NCBI GenBank assembly: GCA_964187785.1
Contig: OZ076410.1
Location: forward strand, 27,528,001 to 27,592,000
Source of the DNA: Amphiscolops sp. MND2022
Taxonomy: Eukaryota
Length of the DNA: 64,000 bases
Direction of reading: 5' to 3'
Both the position numbers and the translations under genes were made by a program. Numbering within the stretch: position 1 is the stretch's first letter; every line of letters starts with the position of its first letter. Shown here in pieces: positions 27,100-37,556 of this stretch. The notes under the pieces were generated by a model. The model made no database searches. It had not been told where the DNA came from and saw only the letters and a list, made by a program, of their open reading frames with translations.

Positions 27100-29180
27100 C
27101 CTGAATTTTTTTCTACCACCTACCATTCGTTCAGTTTCATTTCTTTGCTATCACTCCTCCAAATCATACCACGTTTGTCAAACAAGTTGTTATTTCAATT
27201 TGTTCCTTTCACAGTACATAATTATCAAATTTTCGACTTCACGTGCCTTTGGTCAATGCATAATACCACTGCTGATGACTGGAATGTTTCGAAGTTTTCT
27301 CCTTTTTCTCTTGCCACGAATATAACAGTTTCAAACTCCTCTCACGTCCTATGATGATACTGATTGAGCTCTAAAAAGGCATTTTAAAAAAAAATTTCAT
27401 GAGCAAAAAAAGATCATATTCGCGGAAAATTCTATCATTGTTCAATTTCTATTGCCATTTCCAACGTTCAAAATGGAAATTGAGAAGAGCTTGAAGATCT
27501 TACGTCAACGTTATCAACCATGTGGGACATGCCCAGTTTCTTTTGCTATCTTAATTGTACATTCAATTAGTCCATGGCAGGTTTTAAAGTAAATTGGCGT
27601 CTGGTTGAAGTCCACAGCGAAATTGATGCCGCCGAGATTGACCTTCACAAACTCCATACTGAGACCGCCTCTTGCTTGACTCCACCAACACATGAAGCAC
27701 TGCAAGATAGAAGCAAACGCACCCTTTCTCTTGCAGCCCTTGCTGCAGGCGCACTTGGTCTTTTTGGATCAAGAGTAGCTCTCGGAACTAGTGATTGTGG
27801 CATTGCTGACACCTTTGGAACTTGCTAAGCCCGTGAAAATGCCCAAGCCATCGACTGTCTTTTTGGTATGTCAGAAAAGTTCTTCTCCAGTGTCCACCAC
27901 CTGAAAAATGCAACAGATCAGATGTTTTTTATTGTAAGTAAAGAGTTACAGGTCATAAAAGTTCAACGAAAACAAAAGCAGGACATTCAAAACGCTATCT
28001 GGAAGATCATTTCGGATCAGCTACAGGTTTTCAAGAAAACATAATGAAATGCTCAATTGTGGTCAACTTCTCTACTCTCGAAAGCAAATTAATTTTAACT
28101 TCGATACAGTTGCATCACTTATTTCTTTATACTATTCGAACATTAAAGCATACATAGCTGCTCTAGTTGCCTATCACATCAATATGTTAAATAGTGTTCC
28201 TGCACTCGTATCTCATTATCTTCCTATTCCGCGTCTCGATCGAGAGTCTCTTCGACAAGTAATCGAAGTTGTACATTACAACAAGATCTATGCTACTGAT
28301 TATTTATCTTTAGCCCTTCCTTTCTAAGATCTTTCATATTACGGAGCGAAATTACTGCGTGATGTTAACACACTCCCACATGGACTGCTCTTAAGCATGT
28401 TCATTCCCTTGGCTTCTTCACAAACCACTTTTATCGTGTTTGAAACCATTCCTTTGCCTATGCCCCAGCCGGCTTCCCCTGCAGTTGCCTTTATGTGGGA
28501 CCTCTCGCCACCGTTTTGGGCTGTTTCGGACGATGGTTGTCAAACTGCCACTCTGTCTTCTTCTCAACTCGAACAATTTGTAGGTTCCTCTCGATATAGT
28601 ATTTGTCATGGAGGATTAGCTACGGCAGAACGAGATTCTTCTTGTTTATCCATGCTCTTCTTTGAGACTCTTTTGCATGCTATGAAATTTTGCTCTGTTC
28701 GACCTCACGTCCTTCCGACAAAGTCCTACGCCACTAACCTCAAGTATGATGTTTGGCTAAACGAACGTGCTACTGATGATTATCATATGCGCGAATTTAA
28801 AGTAGATCCCCTTGTCACCGTAACCAGTCACATCCTATGACGGTTGTCACATGACAGTTTTGCCACCCCTGGATGATTGTCCCACCTATATTACAAAAAC
28901 TTCAGCGAACTTAGACTTAATACGCACTCTCCAGAAGGATGTGACATTTCTCACTATGTCTCAAACGTTTTCCTCAGAAAATATCAAAGCTCTTGCACAA
29001 CCCATTGCAATGAAGATGGTTGATTTGAAACGCCCCTTTCAGAGACCATTGTCTTCCATGTGTAACTTCACTCCATCGCTCTGGATAGGCATTGCCAGCT
29101 TTGTGATCGCCATGCTTCTTCATCTCCACATGGTTTACATCAACCATCGAGTTGATCGCTGCTTTGTCCACTTAATATAA
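27100..29180 (+). pseudogene. env-like class I membrane-fusion glycoprotein, disrupted
   Basis: Furin-type RSKR (27709-27720) followed directly by hydrophobic TLSLAALAAGALGLFGS (fusion-peptide-like), a heptad-like helix, a Cys-containing ectodomain and a C-terminal hydrophobic stretch LWIGIASFVIAMLL. Lies in sense between integrase and the 3' LTR; 5' boundary approximate. Confidence 0.75.
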
Positions 29181-29733
29181 TTGCCTATCTTTAACGTTTC
29201 TCTCTTGACCCTCTCTAATGCTGTGTCATTCTTTGCTTTTCATCCGGTAATCACCTCCTTTTGTTGCTTCATTCTTCCGCCCCCATGGGTCCCCCTGTTT
29301 GCACATTTGTGTCACCTTCCTCTCTTCTCGAACTCTTGCCAAGTACTGACTGTTTTTTCTTTTTGTTCACTGTACCTTCTATTTACGGGTGTAACACCTT
29401 AATTACCCACTGCTGTAAACTCATATTTCGTTTTGTTTTCTTCTGGCCCTCTATATGGCCCCTCTTTAGTTTTCTTTAACTTCTTAAATTCATACTCTTC
29501 CTCAGTTTCCAATGTCGAGGCCCTCTCCTAATGTTCACCTAATTTTCATCTTAATGTTCAGCTATGTATTCTTCAATCACCTTTCTTTTTTTCTGGGTTC
29601 ATGTGTGCGCTCTTCCTCTTGTTTTTTACATTCATGCTTCTTCGCCACTTGTCCTTCTTCTGTGTTGCTTTGCTGTCTGGCCCATCTCTGCTTTAATCTC
29701 TCCTTCTCTGACTCACACTTCTTCCGCGGGTAG

Positions 29734-30118
29734 TTTCATGATTTTCATCATGGATATACAACAAAATTTCGATCAACGGACCTACCTAAAGAAGATGTGG
29801 ACGAATCACAACACTGGACCAATCACAGACGCCAGCAAACGATAAGAAATGCATTACCAGAAGAACAGTACACAGACGAGAACGAAGGCAATAAAACTAG
29901 TTGCTGAGTACTAATGCTCTGAAATTGCTCTTATAACTCTACTCCTAACTCTTCTTATTAACCGCTTGAAAACACTTGAGAGATTATAGCCACTTGTAAT
30001 ATTTCTTTGCTCTCTTTCTTTTCAATTGAAAGAAACTTAGTTGAGACCTAAAAACGCATCTTAGAAACTGAATTAAGAACTAGAAAGAAGGTAACCGCTC
30101 GCCAATCAGATCATGACA
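29734..30118 (+). repeat. 3' LTR of env-bearing Gypsy element
   Basis: Ends TCATGACA, followed by TSD ATTTT. Confidence 0.85.
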
Positions 30119-31213
30119 ATTTTGAAAGTGGAGGTTCGACGATATTGCGCCATATCCGAATGTTTGATTTTGAGTTTTTTTATCCGACCTATATTGCGTT
30201 TTACTATGGAGGAGTCGAAGTTCAAAAACAAGCGCTCCTATTTGTCCCAGCACGTTTTATCCCAACTTCTAAAGCGTTTTCCGTGCACGAAAGGCTTCCT
30301 TTGGGTGAAACTTTTTTTTCGAGTTTCTCATAAAGACGTCCAGGGCATATTGTAAAAACTTAGCAATTTTTGAGCGTTAGGTTTAGCGCCAACTTTAGAC
30401 ATTCCCGTCTTGTTTGTTTGCATTTACTTTTGTTCCTACCCTGCATAGCAAAATTCAATTAACTTAGTTCCTCTTATGTATCAGAAGCCTTCATGCTGAC
30501 CCCTGTTGGCACTGCGTCAACTTCTTACAGGTTTTACAAAGTTGCGAACAAACTTTCATGCGTCAATGTTTCCGTTTTAAAATAGAAATGTAAGAGAAAA
30601 AAGTAAATTGTAAAAAGAAAAGAAGTCAAACTTTAACTGTGAGAAATAACTAGGTTTGCATGTAAACAAAAGTAGATATTCACATGATGAATTCTTTGAC
30701 ACTTTACTCAAACATTTAGGAATCTGGAGAGACAAATTGATAGTTGAAGAAAATGGATAATTTCGCCCTAATTAACAGACTCTGTCGATTTCAATTTTAT
30801 TGAACAAAATTTGAAATTGAAAAAAGAATACACAATCGTTTGTATCATGTTAGCAGACGAAATGAACTAATAGAAAACTCCAATCAAGGAACATATTATC
30901 TGGGAACATATTTCAAGGAACAATTTCTTTCTTGATGTAGGACAGTTGAAAGTCTGCAAATGATGAAGTATCTTCAAATAGAAAAAAAACATTAGCAGCC
31001 AAGTTTTACATGACTGGCTGAAATGATGCCCCACGTGCCAATTCAGTAGTAGACACAGTCATTGAACAAAAATGGAAGGTGGGAGCCTTTGGATACAATA
31101 AAAAATTTTCAATAAAAAGGCTCACAGCGACAAAAAATCAAAACGGTGGGGCCTTTTAGACTCGACCGGTTTTGTATGTTACGTTTTAAAAGTAAAAAAT
31201 GAAAGGGGGGGGG

Positions 31214-32341
31214 TGTCGGAACGACTGTTAGCACTTGTAGTTGCTATGTTCGGTCTGTTCCCTTCTCCGTTAATGGAGGCAATCTGGTTTGTTAAGGTAA
31301 GGACTATACTTGTAAGGTCTCCAATTTGTCTATTTAACTCATTAAAACGTTGATCGACACTATTGTAATGATTACCATGATGTCTGGTTAATACATCTTC
31401 GGAATCGAGATTCTCAATTTGGTCTCTGGATAACACATCTGGGAAACTAGCATCGCTTTCACTGTCACTAGATCTATCCATATTTTGCGTTTCTATTTGC
31501 TTGTCACGATTACTTTGAGATCTGGTAGTTACCATGAAAAGCCAAAAGGTTTTAAGTTAAATTTGAAATGGTATAATGGTATGAATTGGAATGATGATAG
31601 GAAGATACAGTAGTAAGCAACTTATCTCGTCAAAAGTTACAATTCGTGTGTGTTGTTCGGTTTTACCCGATAGTACAATTATGGAAGTGTGTTAGCACCT
31701 TTCCTCTTAGCCAATGGCGTTCAACCTGCTAATTGCAGTTGACGACTGGTAGCCACAGTGGTTGCAGGTGATAATCGATGCTCAATTACGTATGTTTGAT
31801 CTAGTATGACCGCAAGCACCAGTCATCTTAGCACGTAATTATTTCAAATTATCTCTCATATTGAGGCTTTACTACTGAGTGTTCTTATCATCGTGGTGAC
31901 TGCTCTAATTACCGTTTGAAGTAATTTACTAATGGATATTGCACGAATTACTGATATAAATGAACGAAATGTTGTGGTTTAAGTGAATGGATTGTTATGA
32001 CTATGAATGATTGATTGTTCTGGTAGTACGTTACATGTAATATAAAAAATGGATAAAGAATGGTTAAGCGATGCACTATCACTGTGGATGATAACTGATT
32101 GTTTCAGTCGTAAATATGGAAATAACTGGATATTTCAGTTTTAGCTTTTAAATGATGCACCATAACATGAATGAATTTAGTATTGATGACTGCTAGTTTC
32201 AGTTGTCATATAGCCAACTGTAATGTTTAGCTAATAAATTACTGCAATGTATTTACATGATGATCTGTATTTTAGGGAGTTTGATGTAAGGATTAATGTT
32301 TTAGAGTTTATTTCATTTCTTCATGCTTGGCGGGCATGACA
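31214..32341 (-). repeat. 3' LTR (1128 bp) of young Gypsy element
   Basis: Near-identical to 45428-46576; TG...CA termini on the minus strand. Confidence 0.96.
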
Positions 32342-32355
32342 TTCCCCCCCTTTTT
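32342..32355 (-). promoter_or_regulatory. Polypurine tract
   Basis: AAAAAGGGGGGGAA on the minus strand, immediately 5' of the 3' LTR. Confidence 0.9.
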
Positions 32356-33164
32356 GAGAGAGAGTAAGCTGTAGGGGTAATGGGAAAGGTGAACGGCTGA
32401 GTTGAGTAGTAGCAGGTGGTTGAGTTGATTGTTGAACAGCGGCTGAAATGGCATGCAAGGTAGATGGAAACGTGTGGGTGGCAAATGAAGCGGCTGAAAA
32501 CTTTTTCGGAAGCGTGAATGGCCAAGGCGAGGCAGGCAAATAGTAAGCAGTCGGAAGTTGAAGTCTATTTATAGTAACTGTCGGTCAGCCACGTCATCCG
32601 TGTGGTGCGCATATAGTGGAATGTTTGTTTAGGCAATTTTTCATCGATCATCGGCAGTTGATTGATTTGTTGCGTTGCCATAGTGAAAGTCAGTTGAGTA
32701 TTTATTGCTATTGAAATTGAATTTGAGCCTGTTCGAACTTGAAATTATCCACCTTCGTTTGTCAACCGTTGGATTTGCTCATTCTTCCACAATGATAAAA
32801 ATAATCTGTTTTGTTTTCCTTGGTTGGTCCTGTATTTTTCGGGTGTTGATTGTATTAAGCACAATTCTGGGGGGATAGATGGGCTTTTTTGGCTAGGAAA
32901 ACTTCGGCTGCTTTCTTTCTGCTAATTGTAAATAGCATTTGAGTTCTTCGTGTTGAGTCCACACTGTGGGTCCGTTAATGTCCAGTGTTACTTGAGTAAG
33001 ACTGTTTGATGGGGAGGTCGGGTATCCATTGGGTATTGATATAGGTGATCAGTCTATAACAACAGTAAATGGAAGAATGAGCTGTTGCAGTCGTGTTTTT
33101 CGTCGCCTCGTTGTTTGGAGCCCTGTTATTTATCCTGTATCCTGTTAAATTAGTATCCTCGATA

Positions 33165-36100
33165 ATGTCGGAAGATGAGGGAGAGCTTTCTTTTGGATCT
33201 GGCCTGTCTGAGCTAGTTGCCGTCGTGGAGCAGCAAATGGCGTCTTCGAATCCTCCTTTAGATGGGAGTGGAGGTGGTCTGGATTTGCCAGAAATCTTGA
33301 TGGCTACTAGTCACTGCTGTCAATTCACTTCGCGGGTTTCGTCCGCGAATATTGTTGGTCTGAGTGACCTGCTGGATGTCGTGCTTTCCCAGGAATTCGG
33401 TAAGTTTTGATCTCAGAGCTTTTCTTTTCATAAGTGGGAGGTCCAAAGTGTCTCATCGTGGGGTCGCCATCTATGAGGGCTAAACCCGTCACATCTGGAG
33501 GTTTGTGACGTTCTTGTGCCATTTGGTTCATTTTTGTTTATAGCCGACGTCGACATTTCTGAGTTGATTGCATACCTACGCCACTTCCGATCGTTTGTGG
33601 CAACTGGATCCTCAGGGAGTTTAGAGTCGACTCCAATACTGCGGCGATTGGATGCCTTCTTGTCGTCGCATCTCGGTAGGTGTACTCACTGCTGTGTTTT
33701 CTAAGTTTTTTCGTCTACTGAGTTGTGTAGGGGGTATTGCTTATTGTGTTTCCATACCATTGCACTGTCACGGGGGTGGGGTGCCGTCAGAGTTCAGGTG
33801 TTCAGAAGCGGTGAGCGCCGGTGGTCAGTTGTATCCTAAGTAGTCACAGCTATTCGGGTATGTTATATTTACAGATGCTGGTGTGCGAGCTGACGTTGTG
33901 TCAGGTCAGTTTACAGAATTGTTCGCTCGGGTTGAGCATGACATACAACAGTGGGTGAAGGCAGCTGTGGAATCGAGTCTCGGCAAGTTGGGGACGGTGG
34001 GTGCCCTCGCCGTCGAGGAATTCCTTGACAAATTGAAAGCTGCGATCCAGGAACTGTGTCATCCGCCAGTCATTCCTCCGGTCAATGATGTTCTGCCGCG
34101 TCCACCATCCGTAGCTGGCAGTATAGCTGGAGTGGAGGGCTTCCGGACTGGTGTGTGTTCAGATGTGCCGCCCACGGAATTCGGGGAACGCAGTGTGATA
34201 GTTCCGTCGGGTGCTCCATCCTCTTCTGCTTCTGGCGTTGCGACGACGTCAAAACCTGGTAATGAATCTCACAAGATCATGTGGGGGGGTTTTAGTGGTA
34301 ATTGTTAAATTATTGAATAAAATATGCTACTAGGGTGTTAAGGACAAACACAGGTTTTTGTTTTTTTTGTGTTTTTGTGTTGTTTTTTTTTAAAAGAGGT
34401 TTTAAGGTTTCTAAATCAGTTTGTTTAGCTGGTTGTGGTTGTGTTTACAGGACGGAAACGTGCGATCAAAACTTTAAAGCCGTCATTCTTCGTGTCAGGC
34501 GTGGTAGGGACTTTTGTTGGTTTCCCGAGGAACAAGCGGGTCATAGACGGCTATGCCAGATGTCGCCTATGTCGCGTGGACCTAAGCATTGCTGGGCGAG
34601 GCCTCCACAATTTGTGGGACCACTGGAAGGGGAGAGAACACACTCGCCTCGAACAGCGTTTCCGAATTATGTCAAATCGACCTTTGCTAGACAAGTCCTG
34701 CAGGCCAGTGTCGTTAGAAGAGGACAGGCGAATTCGTGCTGAAAGGATGTCGGAGCCTCCCGTCATTCTAGAGTCGGAATTCAAGCTGACAGTAGAAGAG
34801 CGCATCGCCATAGAGATTGAGGAGGAGGCCTCTGGCGCGAAACCGCAATTGTCTGAAACAAGTGCTGCATACCTCTGGTTATGTTGCTTCATCAACGGCT
34901 TCGTCGAACTTCGTGACTTCGCTAGTGTGACCCGCTTTGTGGAGTCGTGGTCGAGCAGTATGCGTGGCGAGGTCGTCTTTGCAGAACGGGCATTGTCCTA
35001 TTCGAAATGTCAGGTAACATTTGTTTTTGTTTACTTTTTTATAAGTGTCGTGTGTTTTATTAGGAGCTTGAGTCTATGTCATGGTTTCTGGTTGTGTGTG
35101 TGTTGAGAGGTTTCGTGACTGCTAATGCGTATCGTGCGTTGTTTGTTGTTTTCAGAGTCTCGTCCTATACGGATTGTATCCCTTCGTCGTTGAGAAGCTG
35201 GATGACCTTCTGTCCTCAGGAGTGCGCTTTGGTCTTCATGTTCGTGTGGACGGGGCTATGCGGAGTGTGGACTGTCACATCTTCGATGGCCTGGCTGTCA
35301 AAGTCGTTGTGTTGGCCGTTATTCCTGGCGGCAGTGATTGGGAGCGTTCTCTCCTCGAAGTTGTGTTGTCCCTGCTGTCCTGCATGGAATCATATCGTGG
35401 ACTATCCGCAGTGAGTGTGGGCGACAACTTGCGTTTGGGGCGTGCTCTGGCTAGTGTGGCGCATCCTTCGATGCCACTTGTGACCCGGCGTTTTGACAGC
35501 GAGTGGTTGACAGATCTGTTTCGTCGTAAATTCATCGAGGAGTCGAGTGGGCTTGAACCGTTCAGCATCCTGGAGTACTTCCGCTTCCGGTTGTCTGCAG
35601 TAATTGAGGACTCAGCTTTTAACAACATGCCTTGTTTGCGTGAGGTTTCTTTATTCTGCTTTGTTGTTTTGCCTTTTTCCTTTCTTTTTGTTGTGGGGGG
35701 GTTGTTGTGATCGCATGTGTTCGTCTGCTTTGCTATTTGATGACTTGAGTAATGAGGAGTGTAGAGCCTGCCGTTGTGCTGATCATCCGCTGAACTTTTC
35801 TGGTGATTCTGTTTTAGTTTGTGCGTGGAGGGGCCAGCCGATTTCGAGAGTTGTCCGCACTGGTCACCGAACTAGTAGAGCGCTGGGACGATCTGGGGGC
35901 TTACTTCGGAGTCCATCGAGCAAACACGGCCGCTGAGACATCAAACATCGTGAGCATGGAGACTCAGGTGTTTAACGATGGCATGTCACGACCCCGCTTT
36001 GCAGTCCTGAAGTTCCTCGCTGAGACTGGTTGGTTTTAGTCGTTTATTTGATTTCCCTGTTTGGTTGTGGCTAGGATGTATTAGGTTGAGTTTGTGATTG

Positions 36101-37556
36101 AGTCGGTGTTGACGTCTTGTGTACTAGGTAGTTGTGTGGTATTGGTTTGCGTGTTTGCTGATTGCCGTTCTTGTGTTTCAGTTGTTGCTGAGTGTCCTCG
36201 TCTGTGTAGCGCTGGTAGGGACCGGGATCTCTGGTTCGAGAGGGAGCTGGCAGCCTTCTTGCGTGTCTTGTTATCGATGGTCGTCAGCCCAGAGACAATT
36301 CCTCCTGAATTCGAAGTGCTCTCAGTGTTGAAGTTGAGGATTGGTGGGAGTATTCCTGTGGATCAAGATCGTTACCAAGCTTTGTTTGGGCAATACTTTC
36401 GTTTCGATGTCAGTCGCCAGAAGCCATTTTCTTACAAGGAGGTCCAGAAGTTCCTTCGCACTGTATGTGAAGCTTGCATAGCCGATTTTGACCAGGGATG
36501 GCTGAGACATCTGAGTTTGTTGCCTTTGGATCCGTGTGCCATCCAGTCGTGCTCCATGGATCGTCTAACTGACGTCCTAGTTGGAACTTTGTCTGTCCTT
36601 AGTTTCAGGGACCTGTGTAGTGAGGAGGATGGGGCTGTGATCGTACAACAATATCGAGAAGTGGCAAGTTATTTCAAGCGACGATGGGAGTCAAGTGTTG
36701 CAACTGCGCCGGTTATTGAAGATGCTGTGTCCCTATGGCTGTCATACCCCTCATGGGACCGGTGCAAGGAGTTGCGAGACGTTATTGAAGTTCTTGTCGT
36801 TGGAATGCTGCATGATGTGTATCGGGTTGATTTCCATGATGTCGGAATAATGTGTTAGAGAAGGGCATCATGTTGTCCAGTTTACATTTGGTGAGAAGTT
36901 GGATGGCGACAGGGTTCAGCGGGCATTCTCGTCTCTCGATGATAGGATTTGTCCGTCATTGCAGCAATACCGATATGCAGTCGTCCCGTCTAGATGATGC
37001 TGTTCGTGGTATCCCGTGGGATCAGCTTGTGAAACGAGGAGTGGATGAACTTTTTGAACGGTGTGTTGGTGTCCTCGAATCCACTGGAGGTCTTCCGTCG
37101 CGGCCTGCCGTTGATGATTATCGGTCAACTGTTTGCGACCAGTTGCGTTCCATGGAGTCTAGTCCTGTAGTCAGTCGTCGTAGTCCGGCTAAAGGGAAGT
37201 CTTCCGCAACACAGGTGCCCCGATTACAAACTGAAGTTGTTTTATCGACGTTAACACCGAGTACATCTGGCTCGAAGCGGAAAACCGTCAGTGTTCGGGC
37301 GTCAGGACGAGGAGGGAATCGGGGGCAGAGAACCGGTAGTCGTCCCGATAAGAGAGGCAGAGCAACTTTGGCGAGTTTTAGTGACGAGACAGTTGAAACT
37401 GGTAGGCGGTCCTTTACAATCGAGGAAGACAGTAACGAGGGTGGCTCCTCATACTCAAAAGAGTATTGGTCGAAACCTTTCAAACTGAAGCAGACTTGTT
37501 TTGCAGATTTTCTTGAACTTTTTGATATTTATTTTATTTGTGTATCACTTGGATGA
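33165..37556 (+). CDS. Spliced antisense cargo gene: BED-like C2H2 zinc finger plus degenerate hAT-transposase-like domain, ~1130 aa, one frameshift near 36850
   Basis: Exons 33165-33399, 33544-33675, 33875-34258, 34451-35013, 35156-35644, 35818-36028 and 36182-37556 are joined by six GT-AG introns (144, 199, 192, 142, 173, 153 nt) with all phases compatible (1,1,1,0,0,1). Motifs: ARCRLCRVDLSIAGRGLHNLWDHWKGREH (C-x2-C-x16-H-x5-H) and SRFRELSALVTELVERWDDLGAYF (like hAT tRWLS...eQWdaL..YF). Confidence 0.75.

Larger units (their letters stand above)
20698..30118 (+). mobile_element. Old, heavily decayed Gypsy/Ty3-type LTR retrotransposon with env-like third ORF
   Basis: Diverged LTRs at 20698-21066 and 29734-30118; outer termini TGTCATGA...TCATGACA; TSD ATTTT on both sides; PBS-like TGGCGACAGGAGT at 21067; fragmented gag, PR, RT, RH, IN and env. 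Confidence 0.88.

Noticed and set aside
31179-31535. 118 aa ORF as an independent gene
   Set aside because: It is the LTR-encoded gag N-terminus duplicated in the 3' LTR, running into flanking DNA.
33435-33500. Extra phase 1-1 micro-exon in the cargo gene
   Set aside because: Frame-compatible, but it needs 35- and 43-nt introns, unlike the 142-199 nt of the others; left out of the model, not excluded.
33731-33843. Additional cargo exon (GIAYCVSIPLHC...)
   Set aside because: The acceptor is phase-compatible but only a weak donor exists before the stop at 33841.
33165-37556. Cargo as an independently nested autonomous hAT transposon
   Set aside because: No terminal inverted repeats or 8-bp TSD seen around it, catalytic motifs look degenerate, and its base composition shares the host element's strand bias. 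Disfavoured but needs a multi-copy check.
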